NCBI GenBank assembly: GCA_963833985.1
Contig: CAWIAD010000002.1
Coordinates: 4,384,001-4,448,000, forward strand
From: an uncultured Planctomycetaceae bacterium
GTDB taxonomy: Bacteria; Planctomycetota; Planctomycetia; Isosphaerales; Isosphaeraceae
Direction of reading: 5' to 3'
DNA length: 64,000 nt
Each line of letters begins with the position of its first letter. The stretch's first letter is position 1. The notes under the pieces were generated by a model. It had not been told where the DNA came from. It worked only from the letters and a program-made list of their open reading frames with translations, and did not search any database. The position numbers and the translations under genes were made by a program. This document shows, in pieces, positions 19,535 through 29,206 of the stretch.

Positions 19535-22102
19535 ATGCGCTGCCTGCTCTGCGTTGCTTCCGTATTACTGGCCCTCAGCGGGCCTGTTGCCTGCCTCGCC
19601 GGGACGGCTGAGCAGCCGCCCGCGGCCGGGACAGCCGCCGGCCCGCGTGATTCCCAGGGACAGGCGGCGACGAAGGCCCGTCCAGCGCGGCCGCGCCGGG
19701 CGTTCGTGCCCATCGATCTGAAGAAGCTGTTCACGGCTGGCCCCCTGAGCGATCCGCGGCCCCCAAGCACCCTGCTGCCGGCCGAGACCACCACCGTGGA
19801 GCTGAAACTGACCGCGGCATCGCCCACGGTCTGCCGGTATAGCGTGGGCAAGGACCTGCCCTACGACCGCATGACGCCATTTGATCTTGCCACGGCATCA
19901 ACCGCGCCGCGGACGGTCCTGCGCGGGCTCGACCCCGACCCCGGACACTTGAACGACGTCTTCATCCGGCCGGCCACCGAGCCATCGGCCGTGCTCCAGC
20001 TTCAGTACCGCTGCCTGCCGTCGCCCCGGCCGTCGTTCCCCCGCACGGCGAACCTCTGGGGCTCCGGGCATTTCCTCGCCGGGCACATGGACCATGCCGC
20101 GCGCATCGACCTGTGGCTCGGCGTGCACGCCCGTCCCGAGCAGCTCCGGCAGTTGCGCACGCTCAACCCCAGCTGCTTCATCCTCACCGACATCAACACG
20201 GTGGAGAACAATGACGTTCCCGAGGACTATTTTCTGCGCGATACGACGGGGCGGAAGATCGAGGTCTGGCCCGGCGCTTACCGGCTGAACCTGACGCGTC
20301 CGGAGGTGGCCGAGTACCAGGCGCGGTACGCCTACCAGCGCATGCTCGAAAGCCACCTGATGTACGACGGCTGCTTCTTCGACAATTTCATGATGACCCA
20401 AAGCTGGCTGACTCACGATATCTACGACCGCCCGGTGCAGCTTGACGGCGACGGCGACGGCAAGCCGGACGCGAAGGACGCCTTTGACCGGGCGTGGCGG
20501 GCAGGCATCTTCCGCGAGCTTCGTACCTGGCGCACGTTCATGCCCTGGGCGCTGACGACCGGCCACAGCCAGGGTTATCCCCACCCCGACATCGCCGCCA
20601 TCTTCAATGGCCAGGGCATCGGCTTCTACACGACCGACGTGATCGAGGGGAAGATGCCGTTTCACGAGCTCTGGGATTATTATCACGCGTGGTGCAGTGT
20701 GACGCGGAAGCCGGCCATCACATCGGTCGAATCGGCGGTTCCGGACCAGATCGCCTACGGTTACGACTACACCCCCCAGCGGCACATGCCGCGCTCCACC
20801 TGGGACTTCGCGCGCGACTATTACCCCTACATGCGTTTCGGCCTGGCCTTCACGCTCATGAATGACGGCTACTTCAGCCACGAACTGGGCGACACCGATC
20901 ATGGGCAGGACTGGTGGTACGACGAGCTCGATTTCAAGCTGGGCGATCCGCTCGGCCCGGCGCATGCGGTCGTCGTCGGGCAGGCATCGGATCACGAGCT
21001 GGTCCTTAACGGCGGCTTCGAGAGCGAGCTGAATGACACCTGGAGCGTCTGGTGTGACCGATCGGCCGGCTGCGCGGCGACTGCCGATCGGGACACGAGC
21101 AATCCGCACCAGGGAACGCTCTCGGCGCGGATCACGATCACGTCCCCCGGCCACAGGGGCGGCATCGAGTTCACCCAGCGCAGCCGCTCCCTGGTGCAAG
21201 GCAAGGCGTACGACCTGAAATTCTGGGCCAGGGCCGACCAGCCCCAGGAAATCGCTTGCATGACGTCCCAGGGTTCAGCACCCTGGCACGGCTATGGGCT
21301 GAACCGAGACGTTCGGTTGACACCCTCGTGGCAGCCATTCACGCTGACCTTCGAGGCGTCTCGCACGGCCGCCGATGCCCGCATCCAGTTCCTCTGCGGT
21401 GGGGAACGAGGGTCGATCTGGCTCGATGACGTCTCGCTCAGGGAGCACTCTGACGAGGTTCAGCGCCGCGACTTCCGGAACGGGATCGTGCTGCTCAACG
21501 GCGCTCGGCATCGGCAGACTGTCGATGTGGGTGACGGCTTTGCCCGCATCCAGGGCACCCAGGCGCCGCGGCATCAGTCCATTCTCGACGACACGACGGG
21601 ATCCGGATTCGCAACGGCAGGCTCGTGGCGCTCCGTCGCGCTGGGAACCAAGGAATGGCATGCGATCGCTCCTTACTACCATGCCTGGAACAACCATTGC
21701 CACACGCTGGAGGGCGGGTCCGGGGAGGCGCGCTGGCAGCTTGACCTGCCCGCGCCGGGGACCTATACGATCCAGGCCTGGTGGGCGGCCGCTCCTGAGG
21801 CCACGGGCTGGAGCAAGCAGGCCGTGTATGAGATCGTGGCGGCCGGGCAGGTCGTCGCCCGCACAACCTGCGACCAGACGGCCTCCGGCGACACCTGGCA
21901 CACCCTGGCCGAAAACCTCAAGCTTGACCCGGCGCAGCAACCGTTCGTCCGGCTCCGCAGCGCCGGTTCCGGTACGCTCGTCGCCGACGCACTCCACCTG
22001 TTCTCGTCCGAACGGTACAACGACGGCAGCGTGGCGCGCCAGGTCACGCTGGAACCGATGGACGGCATCATCCTGCGGCGCGCCGGCGGGGCTTCGCGGT
22101 AG
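19535..22102 (+). CDS. Secreted putative glycoside hydrolase (GHL15-like) with CBM4/9-like and golvesin-like modules
   Basis: Signal peptide; YDGCFFDN, MRFGLAFTLMNDGYF, WWYDE, NGGFE, VADAL, DGIIL. Confidence 0.65.
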   Translation: MRCLLCVASVLLALSGPVACLAGTAEQPPAAGTAAGPRDSQGQAATKARPARPRRAFVPIDLKKLFTAGPLSDPRPPSTLLPAETTTVELKLTAASPTVCRYSVGKDLPYDRMTPFDLATASTAPRTVLRGLDPDPGHLNDVFIRPATEPSAVLQLQYRCLPSPRPSFPRTANLWGSGHFLAGHMDHAARIDLWLGVHARPEQLRQLRTLNPSCFILTDINTVENNDVPEDYFLRDTTGRKIEVWPGAYRLNLTRPEVAEYQARYAYQRMLESHLMYDGCFFDNFMMTQSWLTHDIYDRPVQLDGDGDGKPDAKDAFDRAWRAGIFRELRTWRTFMPWALTTGHSQGYPHPDIAAIFNGQGIGFYTTDVIEGKMPFHELWDYYHAWCSVTRKPAITSVESAVPDQIAYGYDYTPQRHMPRSTWDFARDYYPYMRFGLAFTLMNDGYFSHELGDTDHGQDWWYDELDFKLGDPLGPAHAVVVGQASDHELVLNGGFESELNDTWSVWCDRSAGCAATADRDTSNPHQGTLSARITITSPGHRGGIEFTQRSRSLVQGKAYDLKFWARADQPQEIACMTSQGSAPWHGYGLNRDVRLTPSWQPFTLTFEASRTAADARIQFLCGGERGSIWLDDVSLREHSDEVQRRDFRNGIVLLNGARHRQTVDVGDGFARIQGTQAPRHQSILDDTTGSGFATAGSWRSVALGTKEWHAIAPYYHAWNNHCHTLEGGSGEARWQLDLPAPGTYTIQAWWAAAPEATGWSKQAVYEIVAAGQVVARTTCDQTASGDTWHTLAENLKLDPAQQPFVRLRSAGSGTLVADALHLFSSERYNDGSVARQVTLEPMDGIILRRAGGASR

Positions 22103-22209
22103 CCGGCCGGCGTTCCGCAGGTCTGGTCAGGTACGTACCGCGCGGCTGGCGGCTCGCCATGAACCATCACCGCGAGACATCCCCGCACTGATCAAGGGAA
22201 CGGACGGCG

Positions 22210-23106
22210 ATGCGCATCCTGGTGGCCATCCCGCACTATTTCGATCACGGCCGCGATCGGCGCCGGGGTACGGGGCACGGCTCCCTTGCAGGCAACCCGG
22301 CGCCGCGGGTGGAGGCGCTCACGCAGTGCATCTCGGCCCTGCACCAGCTCTTCGGCGGATCGCAGGTCATGATCGACCAGATCCGGGGCGATCGGAGACC
22401 GGCCAACGCCCTGCTGGCTTCATCGCGGCTGGAGGTGATCGTGTGCACGACGCGCGGGGAGCACCTGCTGGACCACCTGCACCTGTGCCGCGACGCCGTG
22501 CGCCACTGGCCCACCGACGCCGAGCCCCATCTGCTGGGGTTTGCATGCCACCGCGCCCTCTCCGAGCGGCAGGGCGCGTTTGATTTCTATGGCTACCTCG
22601 AGGATGACCTCATTCTCCGCGACCCGCTCTTCTTCGCCAAGCAGACCTGGTTCCAGGGCCAGTTCGGGCCTGGCGCCGTGCTGCTTCCCAATCGCTATGA
22701 GGTCGTCCGCCGCGGGCCCGCCTGGAAGGCGTACATCGACGGCGACCTGCCGCCGGAGCTGACAACGCCCTTCCAGGACCTGGCGCAGGCACCCGAGCTG
22801 ATGGCACGATGCCTGGACGTCGAGGTGGCCTTCCACCGTCCCTTGAACCCGCACTCGGGCTGTTTTTTCCTGACCGGTGAGCAGTTAGGCTCCTGGGCGG
22901 AGCGAACCGATCCGCACAAGCCCGACACGACGTTCGTCGGCCCTCTGGAAAGCGCAGCGACGCTGGCGCTGATGCGCGCGTTCCGGGTTTACAAGCCGGC
23001 TCGGCACGTCGCCGCCTTCCTGGAGATCGAGCACCACGGCTCGGCGTACCTGAGACAACCTGAGCGCGAAGCATCCGTGACCTGCGGCACGCGGCCGGTA
23101 CGTTGA
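22210..23106 (+). CDS. Hypothetical protein, possibly GT-A glycosyltransferase-like
   Basis: ILVAIPHY N-terminal strand and YLEDDL DxD-like motif. Confidence 0.55.
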   Translation: MRILVAIPHYFDHGRDRRRGTGHGSLAGNPAPRVEALTQCISALHQLFGGSQVMIDQIRGDRRPANALLASSRLEVIVCTTRGEHLLDHLHLCRDAVRHWPTDAEPHLLGFACHRALSERQGAFDFYGYLEDDLILRDPLFFAKQTWFQGQFGPGAVLLPNRYEVVRRGPAWKAYIDGDLPPELTTPFQDLAQAPELMARCLDVEVAFHRPLNPHSGCFFLTGEQLGSWAERTDPHKPDTTFVGPLESAATLALMRAFRVYKPARHVAAFLEIEHHGSAYLRQPEREASVTCGTRPVR

Positions 23107-23138
23107 TGGTCGCTGGGCCGCCGTCCGGCGTCTTCCGT

Positions 23139-25304
23139 TCAGGGCCGGAACGTCTGATCGATGTCGCGGTCGGTCGGCAGGTCGACGGTCCGATCCACTC
23201 CCGTCAGCCCGCGCAGATGAACGACGATCTTCGCGGGTGGACGGGGACGGAGCTGTGCCATCCTGAGGTGCACGCTCTGGCCATCATCCGTGACGCGGAG
23301 CTCCAGGTGCAGCGGGCCGAAAGGAGTGAGCACGCCACTCAGGCGGGTGACCTTGCCGGGTCCGGCCCAGGATCGTGGCAACCCCTCGAAGAGGTGCAGT
23401 TCATCGCCGCGGTCGAGCTCGATGAGGTGATCGCAGAGGCGGACAAACTCAGCGCTCGCCCAGTTGTGGGGCATGTCGCCGACCTCCTCGTTCCCCTGGC
23501 CGGCGGGTTTCTGCTCCTCGCGCCAGACCCGCGTGGGGCAGGCGTGGCGGGCGAAGTCGTAGAGCACGCCGGCTGCCTCGTCCGCCTGGCCGTTCCAGAG
23601 AACCGCATGGCCGTAGAACGAGGCGAAGTACGTCCAGATACCCCCGCGCATCCAGCCGGTGTCATAGACCAGACCCTCGCCGGCTTTCCGCGTGGCGCGG
23701 AGCATGGCGAGCTGATCGGAGGCGAGCGGGTCTCCCGGCGCGAAGACGCCGCCGGGGTAGACGGCGTGGCAGAAGGCCCACTGCCCGCGCTGGGGTACGT
23801 GGTGATCGATGTCTCTCATCATGGTCGGCACGTAGCGATGGCCCGCCGGGTCGAGCCGGACGTCGCGGGCGGCTGCCCGGCGGTAGGCGGCCAGAAAGTC
23901 ATCGTACTCGTGTTGCCAGGCGGAGGCGTCGTCGAGCTCGCCCAGCCAGTGTGCGGCCGCGATGATCGACTTCAGGCCGGCCAGGCACCAGTACGTGTTC
24001 GAGTATTCCGGCCTGGCCGCGTTGCTGATGCCGCCATCAACCTCACCCGGCGGCAGGAGTCCGAACTCGGGGGCGTCGGGACGCGCGGAAGCCCGGACAC
24101 GCAGGGCGGCGATGGCCTGCACCACGGCCCTCAGCTTCGGCCAGCGGGCACGCAGCCAGGCCGGGTCCTGGGTCAACCGCGCGTGCCGGCTGGCGGCCCA
24201 GAGAACGATTCCGTTCTCCTTCCAGAAGTGGGGCAGAACCTCGAAGCTGCCGTCTGGCTTCTGATGGCTCAGCAAGTACTCCACGCCAGCGCGCGTCCAT
24301 GCCGCGTCCCAGGATGGCCGCGGTCTCCAGCAAGAATGATCCATCCACCACCCAGAGTCCGCGATAGACCGTGGGACCCACATGGAATGCCGGCAGACCG
24401 TTCTTGATCTCCGCGCTTGCCAGATGTTGCGCACGCAGGCTTCGAGCATTCCCTGGATTCCCGCATCGGGAACCTGGATGGTGTTCCAGGGCAGATCGGC
24501 GCGCTCCCACCACTCCCGGGCGGCGTCGCGCGCTTGAGATGCTTGGGCAGTGGTCAGTGGAGGGAGAACCGCGGGGCTGTTGCGGTCGATCGTCCAGGCG
24601 AGCTGGCGACCTTCACCGGGCCGCAGCAGCATCTCCGGAAGCCGGATCATGGCCGGCTGCCCGGCAGCAAGTCCCAGCTCGGCCCCGCTCTCGGACGACT
24701 GTATCCGCGTGCCAGGGCCAACGAGCACGCCTCCTCCCTGAACCGAGCGGACCGGTGGCACGCTGCTGATTCGCAAGGCGGGCCGGCGATGGAGCTCCTG
24801 CGCACCCGTGTTCCGGAGTGTGAGCAGGAGCACGATGCGCCGCTCGGGCGCGGCCCAGTTGAAGAGATGCATCTTGGGGCTGCCACCGGAGGGCGCCTCC
24901 GGCAGGGCCGCGCCCGATTCGGGCGGGATGACCACGAACGCCTCGGAGCACAGGTGCAACGCGGCATCCGACTGCACCGTCTGAACGATGGGAGCACGCG
25001 GCGACACCGTCTGCTGCTGCCGCCATGGCGCGGCCGGCTCGATTTCCGGTTGCAATACGACGCCGAAATTCCGCACTCCGGACCGGCCAAAATCGAGCAG
25101 GACCTGGCCCTCCTTGCCCACGAGGACCTTGTCCGGGTCGTCAGGCAGGCAGATGGCTGTCTGCCACCAGGGCGGGGCGTACCGGAAGTCCACTCCCTCC
25201 GGACCGGCCGGAACTGGCGGCTGTCCGGGAGCCGCCTGCGCCAGAGCCAGAGTGGCGGCCGCGGTGAGCAGCCACGTCGGAATGGTCCGTTGCAGATGCC
25301 GCAT
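23139..25304 (-). CDS. Secreted six-hairpin (alpha/alpha)6 glycosidase-like protein with compensating frameshifts at ~24415 and ~24290
   Basis: Signal peptide; [11 protein letters not shown] in alternate frame; [10 protein letters not shown]. Confidence 0.7.
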   Translation of the reverse strand: MRHLQRTIPTWLLTAAATLALAQAAPGQPPVPAGPEGVDFRYAPPWWQTAICLPDDPDKVLVGKEGQVLLDFGRSGVRNFGVVLQPEIEPAAPWRQQQTVSPRAPIVQTVQSDAALHLCSEAFVVIPPESGAALPEAPSGGSPKMHLFNWAAPERRIVLLLTLRNTGAQELHRRPALRISSVPPVRSVQGGGVLVGPGTRIQSSESGAELGLAAGQPAMIRLPEMLLRPGEGRQLAWTIDRNSPAVLPPLTTAQASQARDAAREWWERADLPWNTIQVPDAGIQGMLEACVRNIWQARRSRTVCRHSMWVPRSIADSGWWMDHSCWRPRPSWDAAWTRAGVEYLLSHQKPDGSFEVLPHFWKENGIVLWAASRHARLTQDPAWLRARWPKLRAVVQAIAALRVRASARPDAPEFGLLPPGEVDGGISNAARPEYSNTYWCLAGLKSIIAAAHWLGELDDASAWQHEYDDFLAAYRRAAARDVRLDPAGHRYVPTMMRDIDHHVPQRGQWAFCHAVYPGGVFAPGDPLASDQLAMLRATRKAGEGLVYDTGWMRGGIWTYFASFYGHAVLWNGQADEAAGVLYDFARHACPTRVWREEQKPAGQGNEEVGDMPHNWASAEFVRLCDHLIELDRGDELHLFEGLPRSWAGPGKVTRLSGVLTPFGPLHLELRVTDDGQSVHLRMAQLRPRPPAKIVVHLRGLTGVDRTVDLPTDRDIDQTFRP

Positions 25305-25626
25305 GGCTACGCCTCCACAGCGAGACTGGGCGAGTGCCGGCAGTTCCGTCGTCGCAATCGAGCCAGCGCCGGCTCTCCATCGCTCCGTCATACGACTTCC
25401 TCAAGCCCCGGGCAAGTACCTGGGCCTTAAGCCACAGACCCTCCCCGGCAGCCGGCAACCGGGCGTGCGCCCTGTCCGGTCCGCCCGTGCCTGCCGGCCC
25501 CGCGTGATGCGTTTTGGACCTTCGAGATGATCGTAGGCATCGGCCGCGCGTCCGCGGCCCGGAAGAGCCCTGGCGAGCTAGAGTTCTCAAGAACGGTTTT
25601 CCATCAGGGCATCGGAGAGACGCGTC

Positions 25627-28600
25627 GTGATCTGCTCACCAGCGGTTCGACCTCGCAAGGCGAGGCCTGCGCACCCGTGCCGGCCCCGCCTGGAGGGCCT
25701 GGAAACCCGCTTGACGCCGGCACTCGCCGTGATGGCCCCTGGCCTGGCGAATGTCGCCTCGATCGTCATGCATCCCAACTTCCTGATCTGCCCGTCCGGC
25801 TCCGGCGCCGCGGCCATCTCCGAGACGATGCCGAGCGGATCCTCGGCCCAGCCCGCGGGCCATCTCGCTCTGGGCGGTTTCTCGCCGCAGCAAATTCTCA
25901 ACGCCTACGGAATCAGCCAAACCCAGTTCGGCACGATCCAGGGCGACGGAACCGGACAGACCATCGCCATCGTCGACGCGTACGATGACCCAGGCCTGGT
26001 CTCGACATCCAGCGCCGCTTTCTCCAGCAGCGATCTGGCCCAGTTTGACAGGCAATTCGGGCTGCCCGATCCGCCGAGCTTCACCAAGCTGGGACAGGAC
26101 GGCAGCACGAATTTGCCCGGCACCGACAGTACGCACAACTGGGAAATCGAAGAGTCGCTGGACGTCGAATGGGCGCATGCCATTGCTCCCGCGGCCAGCA
26201 TCGTCCTGGTAGAATGCAACTCGGCCACCTTCCAGGACCTGGTCCAGACCGGGGTCCGAACGGCCGCGGATCTGCCGGGCGTCTCGGTGGTCTCCATGAG
26301 CTTTGGCTCATCCGAGTTTGCATCCGAATCCTACTACGACACCTACTTCACCACGCCCAGCGGGCATCAAGGGGTGACTTTCGTCGCGTCCACGGGCGAC
26401 TCCGGCGCTCCAGGCGGTTATCCGGCGGTCTCTGCCAACGTCGTGGCGGTCGGCGGCACCAGCCTCACGCTGAATGCGGAGAGCTCGTACCAGAACGAGC
26501 TGGGCTGGTCCGGCAGTGGCGGCGGCCCGAGCACCTACGAAAGCAAGCCGAGCTTCCAGCAGAACGTTCAAAGCTCCAGCCAGCGGACCATCCCCGACGT
26601 GGCGTTCGACGCGAACCCCAGCACCGGCGTGGCCGTTTATGATTCGTTCGCCCAGAGCAATCCCTGGCTGCAAGTCGGCGGCACCAGCCTGGCCGCGCCG
26701 TGCTGGGGAGGCATCGTCGCCATCGCCGATCAGGGACGCGTGGCCGCCGGCGTGGGAACACTCGATGGACCCGGCCAGACGCTGCCCGCGCTGTATTCGT
26801 TGTCATCGGCCGACTTCCACGACGTCACCAGCGGTTCCAACGGCTACCAGGCGACCGCCGGCTACGACATGGTGACCGGCATCGGCAGTCCGAAGGCCAA
26901 TCTGCTGGTGGGCAATCTTGCCACGTACCAGCTTGCGAGCCGGCTGGCCGTGACGTCGCAGCTTCCCTCCAGTCTCACGGCCGGGGCGCAGTTCAGCGTG
27001 TCAGTCGCGGTCCTGGACGCTGCCGGCAACGCGGTAACGAGCTACAAGGGCACGGTGACCATTTCCCTCGCCGCCGGACCGGCGGGAAGCGGGCTCTCCG
27101 GCACGTGCCAGGTCACGGTGGCAAACGGTGTGGGCAGCTTCTCGAGTCTGTGGCTGGACACCGCCGGCAGCGGCTACGCACTCCAGATCAGCGGCAGCGG
27201 CCTGACCTCCGCGACGATCACCGGCCTGAGCGTGACGCCTGCCGCGGCCAGCCAGCTCGTGATTACGGGGCAACCCCCCGCGTCAGTCACGGCCGGCACG
27301 CCCTTCGGCTTGCAGGTGGCTGTCGAGGACAGCTACGGCAATCTCGAGACCGGCGACACCGGGCAGGTCTCGCTCTCGCTCGTCAGCGGACCGTCCGGCG
27401 CGATGCTGGGAGGCACCAGCTCCGTCACGGCCGCGAGCGGAGTGGCCGGCTTCGAGAATCTCTGGCTGGACGCGGCAGGAGGCAACAACGTGATCGTGGC
27501 CAGCAGTGGAGCGCTGGCATCAGCCCCTTGCCAGTCGATGACCGTCACACCCGGTCCAGTCGCCAGGCTGGCGGTCACCAGCCCGCCGCCGGCGAGCATT
27601 GCCGCGGGCGCCCGCTTCGCCATGGGAGTGGCTCTGTATGACGCCTACGGCAACCTGGAGACAGGCAATTCCAGCACGGTGAACGTGGCCATTGGAAGCG
27701 GCCCGAGCGGGGCGGCTCTCGGCGGTCTGACGTCGCAGACGGCTGACCAGGGAACTGTCAGCTTCAGCGGACTGGTCATCGACGTCACCGGCAGCTATCA
27801 ACTCAAGGTGACGGGCGGCGGCCTGACTGCTTCCAGCGCTCCGTCGCTCATCGTCCAGCCCGGCTCGCCAGCAGAGCTGACCATCTCGGGAATGCCCGCA
27901 GCACCCCTGGCCGCCGGCAACGCATTCGGCCTGAGCGTCACCGCGCTTGACGCATTCGGCAACGTGGAAACCAGCATGGGCGGAAGTGTCAGCCTGACGC
28001 TGACGGGAGGCACCACGGGAGCCGTCCTGGTGGGTTCCCGGGTCGTCACGTTCCACCAGGGCGCGGCCAGCTTTTCCGGGCTGGCAATTGACCTCGCGGG
28101 CAACGGTTATGCACTCGCTGCCAGCGGCGCCGGGCTGACTGCCACGACGGGCAGTTTCAGCGTCGCGGCCGGCACGGCCTCGAGGCTGGTGCTGCTTTCC
28201 CAGCCGCCGGCGACCGTCGTGGCCGGTGGCAACTTCGGATTCGCCGTCCAGGTACAGGACGCCTGGGGCAACATCGCCGCCGGTACTGGCGGCACGCTCA
28301 TGGCCTCCTTGGCGGCAAACCCGGCAGGCGACTGGCTGAGCGGGGACGTGAGCGTACCGGTGACCGCAGGCGTGGCCACGTTCACGAGCCTGGAGCTCAG
28401 TCACGCGGTGAGCGGCGACACGATTCTCGTGAGCGGTGCAGGCCTTTCCAGCGTGACCACACGCGCCTTGACCGTCACGCCGGCGGCCGCCAGCCATTTT
28501 GTGATGATCACCCAGCCCCCATCCAGCGTGACCGCGGGAGTGCCGTTCGGGCTGGCCGTCGCCGCGGAGGACCCATTCGGAAACCTTGTGCCAGGCTGTT

Positions 28601-29166
28601 CCGTCACGGCGGCCCTTGCGGCCAACCCTTCTGCTGCCGCACTCCAGGGGCCCGTGTCGGTCACCGCGAGCCAGGGCGTGGCCGCGTTCACGAGCCTGTC
28701 GATCCTCAAGGCCGGAGGGCCCTACACGATCGCTGTCAGTTCGGCGGGGCTGGCACCCGTTGCAATGGGTCTGGTCGGCGTGACGCCCGCGGCTGCGTCG
28801 AGGCTGGTCCTCACCACCGGTCCGCCCGCGACGGTCACGGTCGGATCGAGCTTCCGGATGGTCGCGGCCGTGGAGGACGCGTATGGCAACGTGGTCGCTG
28901 GATACGGCGGCAGCGTCACCGCGGCCGTACCGGGCGTCCACGGCAAAACACCACTCCGCGGCACCCTGGTCGAGCCGATCTCCGGCGGCGTTGCCACCTT
29001 CCCCGGTCTGAGCCTCAACAAGGTGGGCAAGGGCTACATCGTGACGCTTTCGGCCCGGAACCTCCCTGCCGCGGCCACGGCGCCGTTTTCCGTGACCCTG
29101 GCTCCGCGAGTCCCCGCGAAGCATCCGGCCGCCCACCCGGTTCAGGTCCGCAAAGCGCGGCGATGA
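25627..29166 (+). CDS. S53 (sedolisin-like) peptidase with LEPR-XLL-type N-terminus and seven ~100-aa Ig-like repeats
   Basis: RPRLEGLETRLTP; EESLD, STGDSG, GGTSLAAP; repeated ASxLxxxxQPPxxVTAG...DxxGN. Confidence 0.88.
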   Translation: MICSPAVRPRKARPAHPCRPRLEGLETRLTPALAVMAPGLANVASIVMHPNFLICPSGSGAAAISETMPSGSSAQPAGHLALGGFSPQQILNAYGISQTQFGTIQGDGTGQTIAIVDAYDDPGLVSTSSAAFSSSDLAQFDRQFGLPDPPSFTKLGQDGSTNLPGTDSTHNWEIEESLDVEWAHAIAPAASIVLVECNSATFQDLVQTGVRTAADLPGVSVVSMSFGSSEFASESYYDTYFTTPSGHQGVTFVASTGDSGAPGGYPAVSANVVAVGGTSLTLNAESSYQNELGWSGSGGGPSTYESKPSFQQNVQSSSQRTIPDVAFDANPSTGVAVYDSFAQSNPWLQVGGTSLAAPCWGGIVAIADQGRVAAGVGTLDGPGQTLPALYSLSSADFHDVTSGSNGYQATAGYDMVTGIGSPKANLLVGNLATYQLASRLAVTSQLPSSLTAGAQFSVSVAVLDAAGNAVTSYKGTVTISLAAGPAGSGLSGTCQVTVANGVGSFSSLWLDTAGSGYALQISGSGLTSATITGLSVTPAAASQLVITGQPPASVTAGTPFGLQVAVEDSYGNLETGDTGQVSLSLVSGPSGAMLGGTSSVTAASGVAGFENLWLDAAGGNNVIVASSGALASAPCQSMTVTPGPVARLAVTSPPPASIAAGARFAMGVALYDAYGNLETGNSSTVNVAIGSGPSGAALGGLTSQTADQGTVSFSGLVIDVTGSYQLKVTGGGLTASSAPSLIVQPGSPAELTISGMPAAPLAAGNAFGLSVTALDAFGNVETSMGGSVSLTLTGGTTGAVLVGSRVVTFHQGAASFSGLAIDLAGNGYALAASGAGLTATTGSFSVAAGTASRLVLLSQPPATVVAGGNFGFAVQVQDAWGNIAAGTGGTLMASLAANPAGDWLSGDVSVPVTAGVATFTSLELSHAVSGDTILVSGAGLSSVTTRALTVTPAAASHFVMITQPPSSVTAGVPFGLAVAAEDPFGNLVPGCSVTAALAANPSAAALQGPVSVTASQGVAAFTSLSILKAGGPYTIAVSSAGLAPVAMGLVGVTPAAASRLVLTTGPPATVTVGSSFRMVAAVEDAYGNVVAGYGGSVTAAVPGVHGKTPLRGTLVEPISGGVATFPGLSLNKVGKGYIVTLSARNLPAAATAPFSVTLAPRVPAKHPAAHPVQVRKARR

Positions 29167-29206
29167 GGCTCACGCAATTCGCCTGCTGGCAACCGCCGCC
29201 AAGCGC

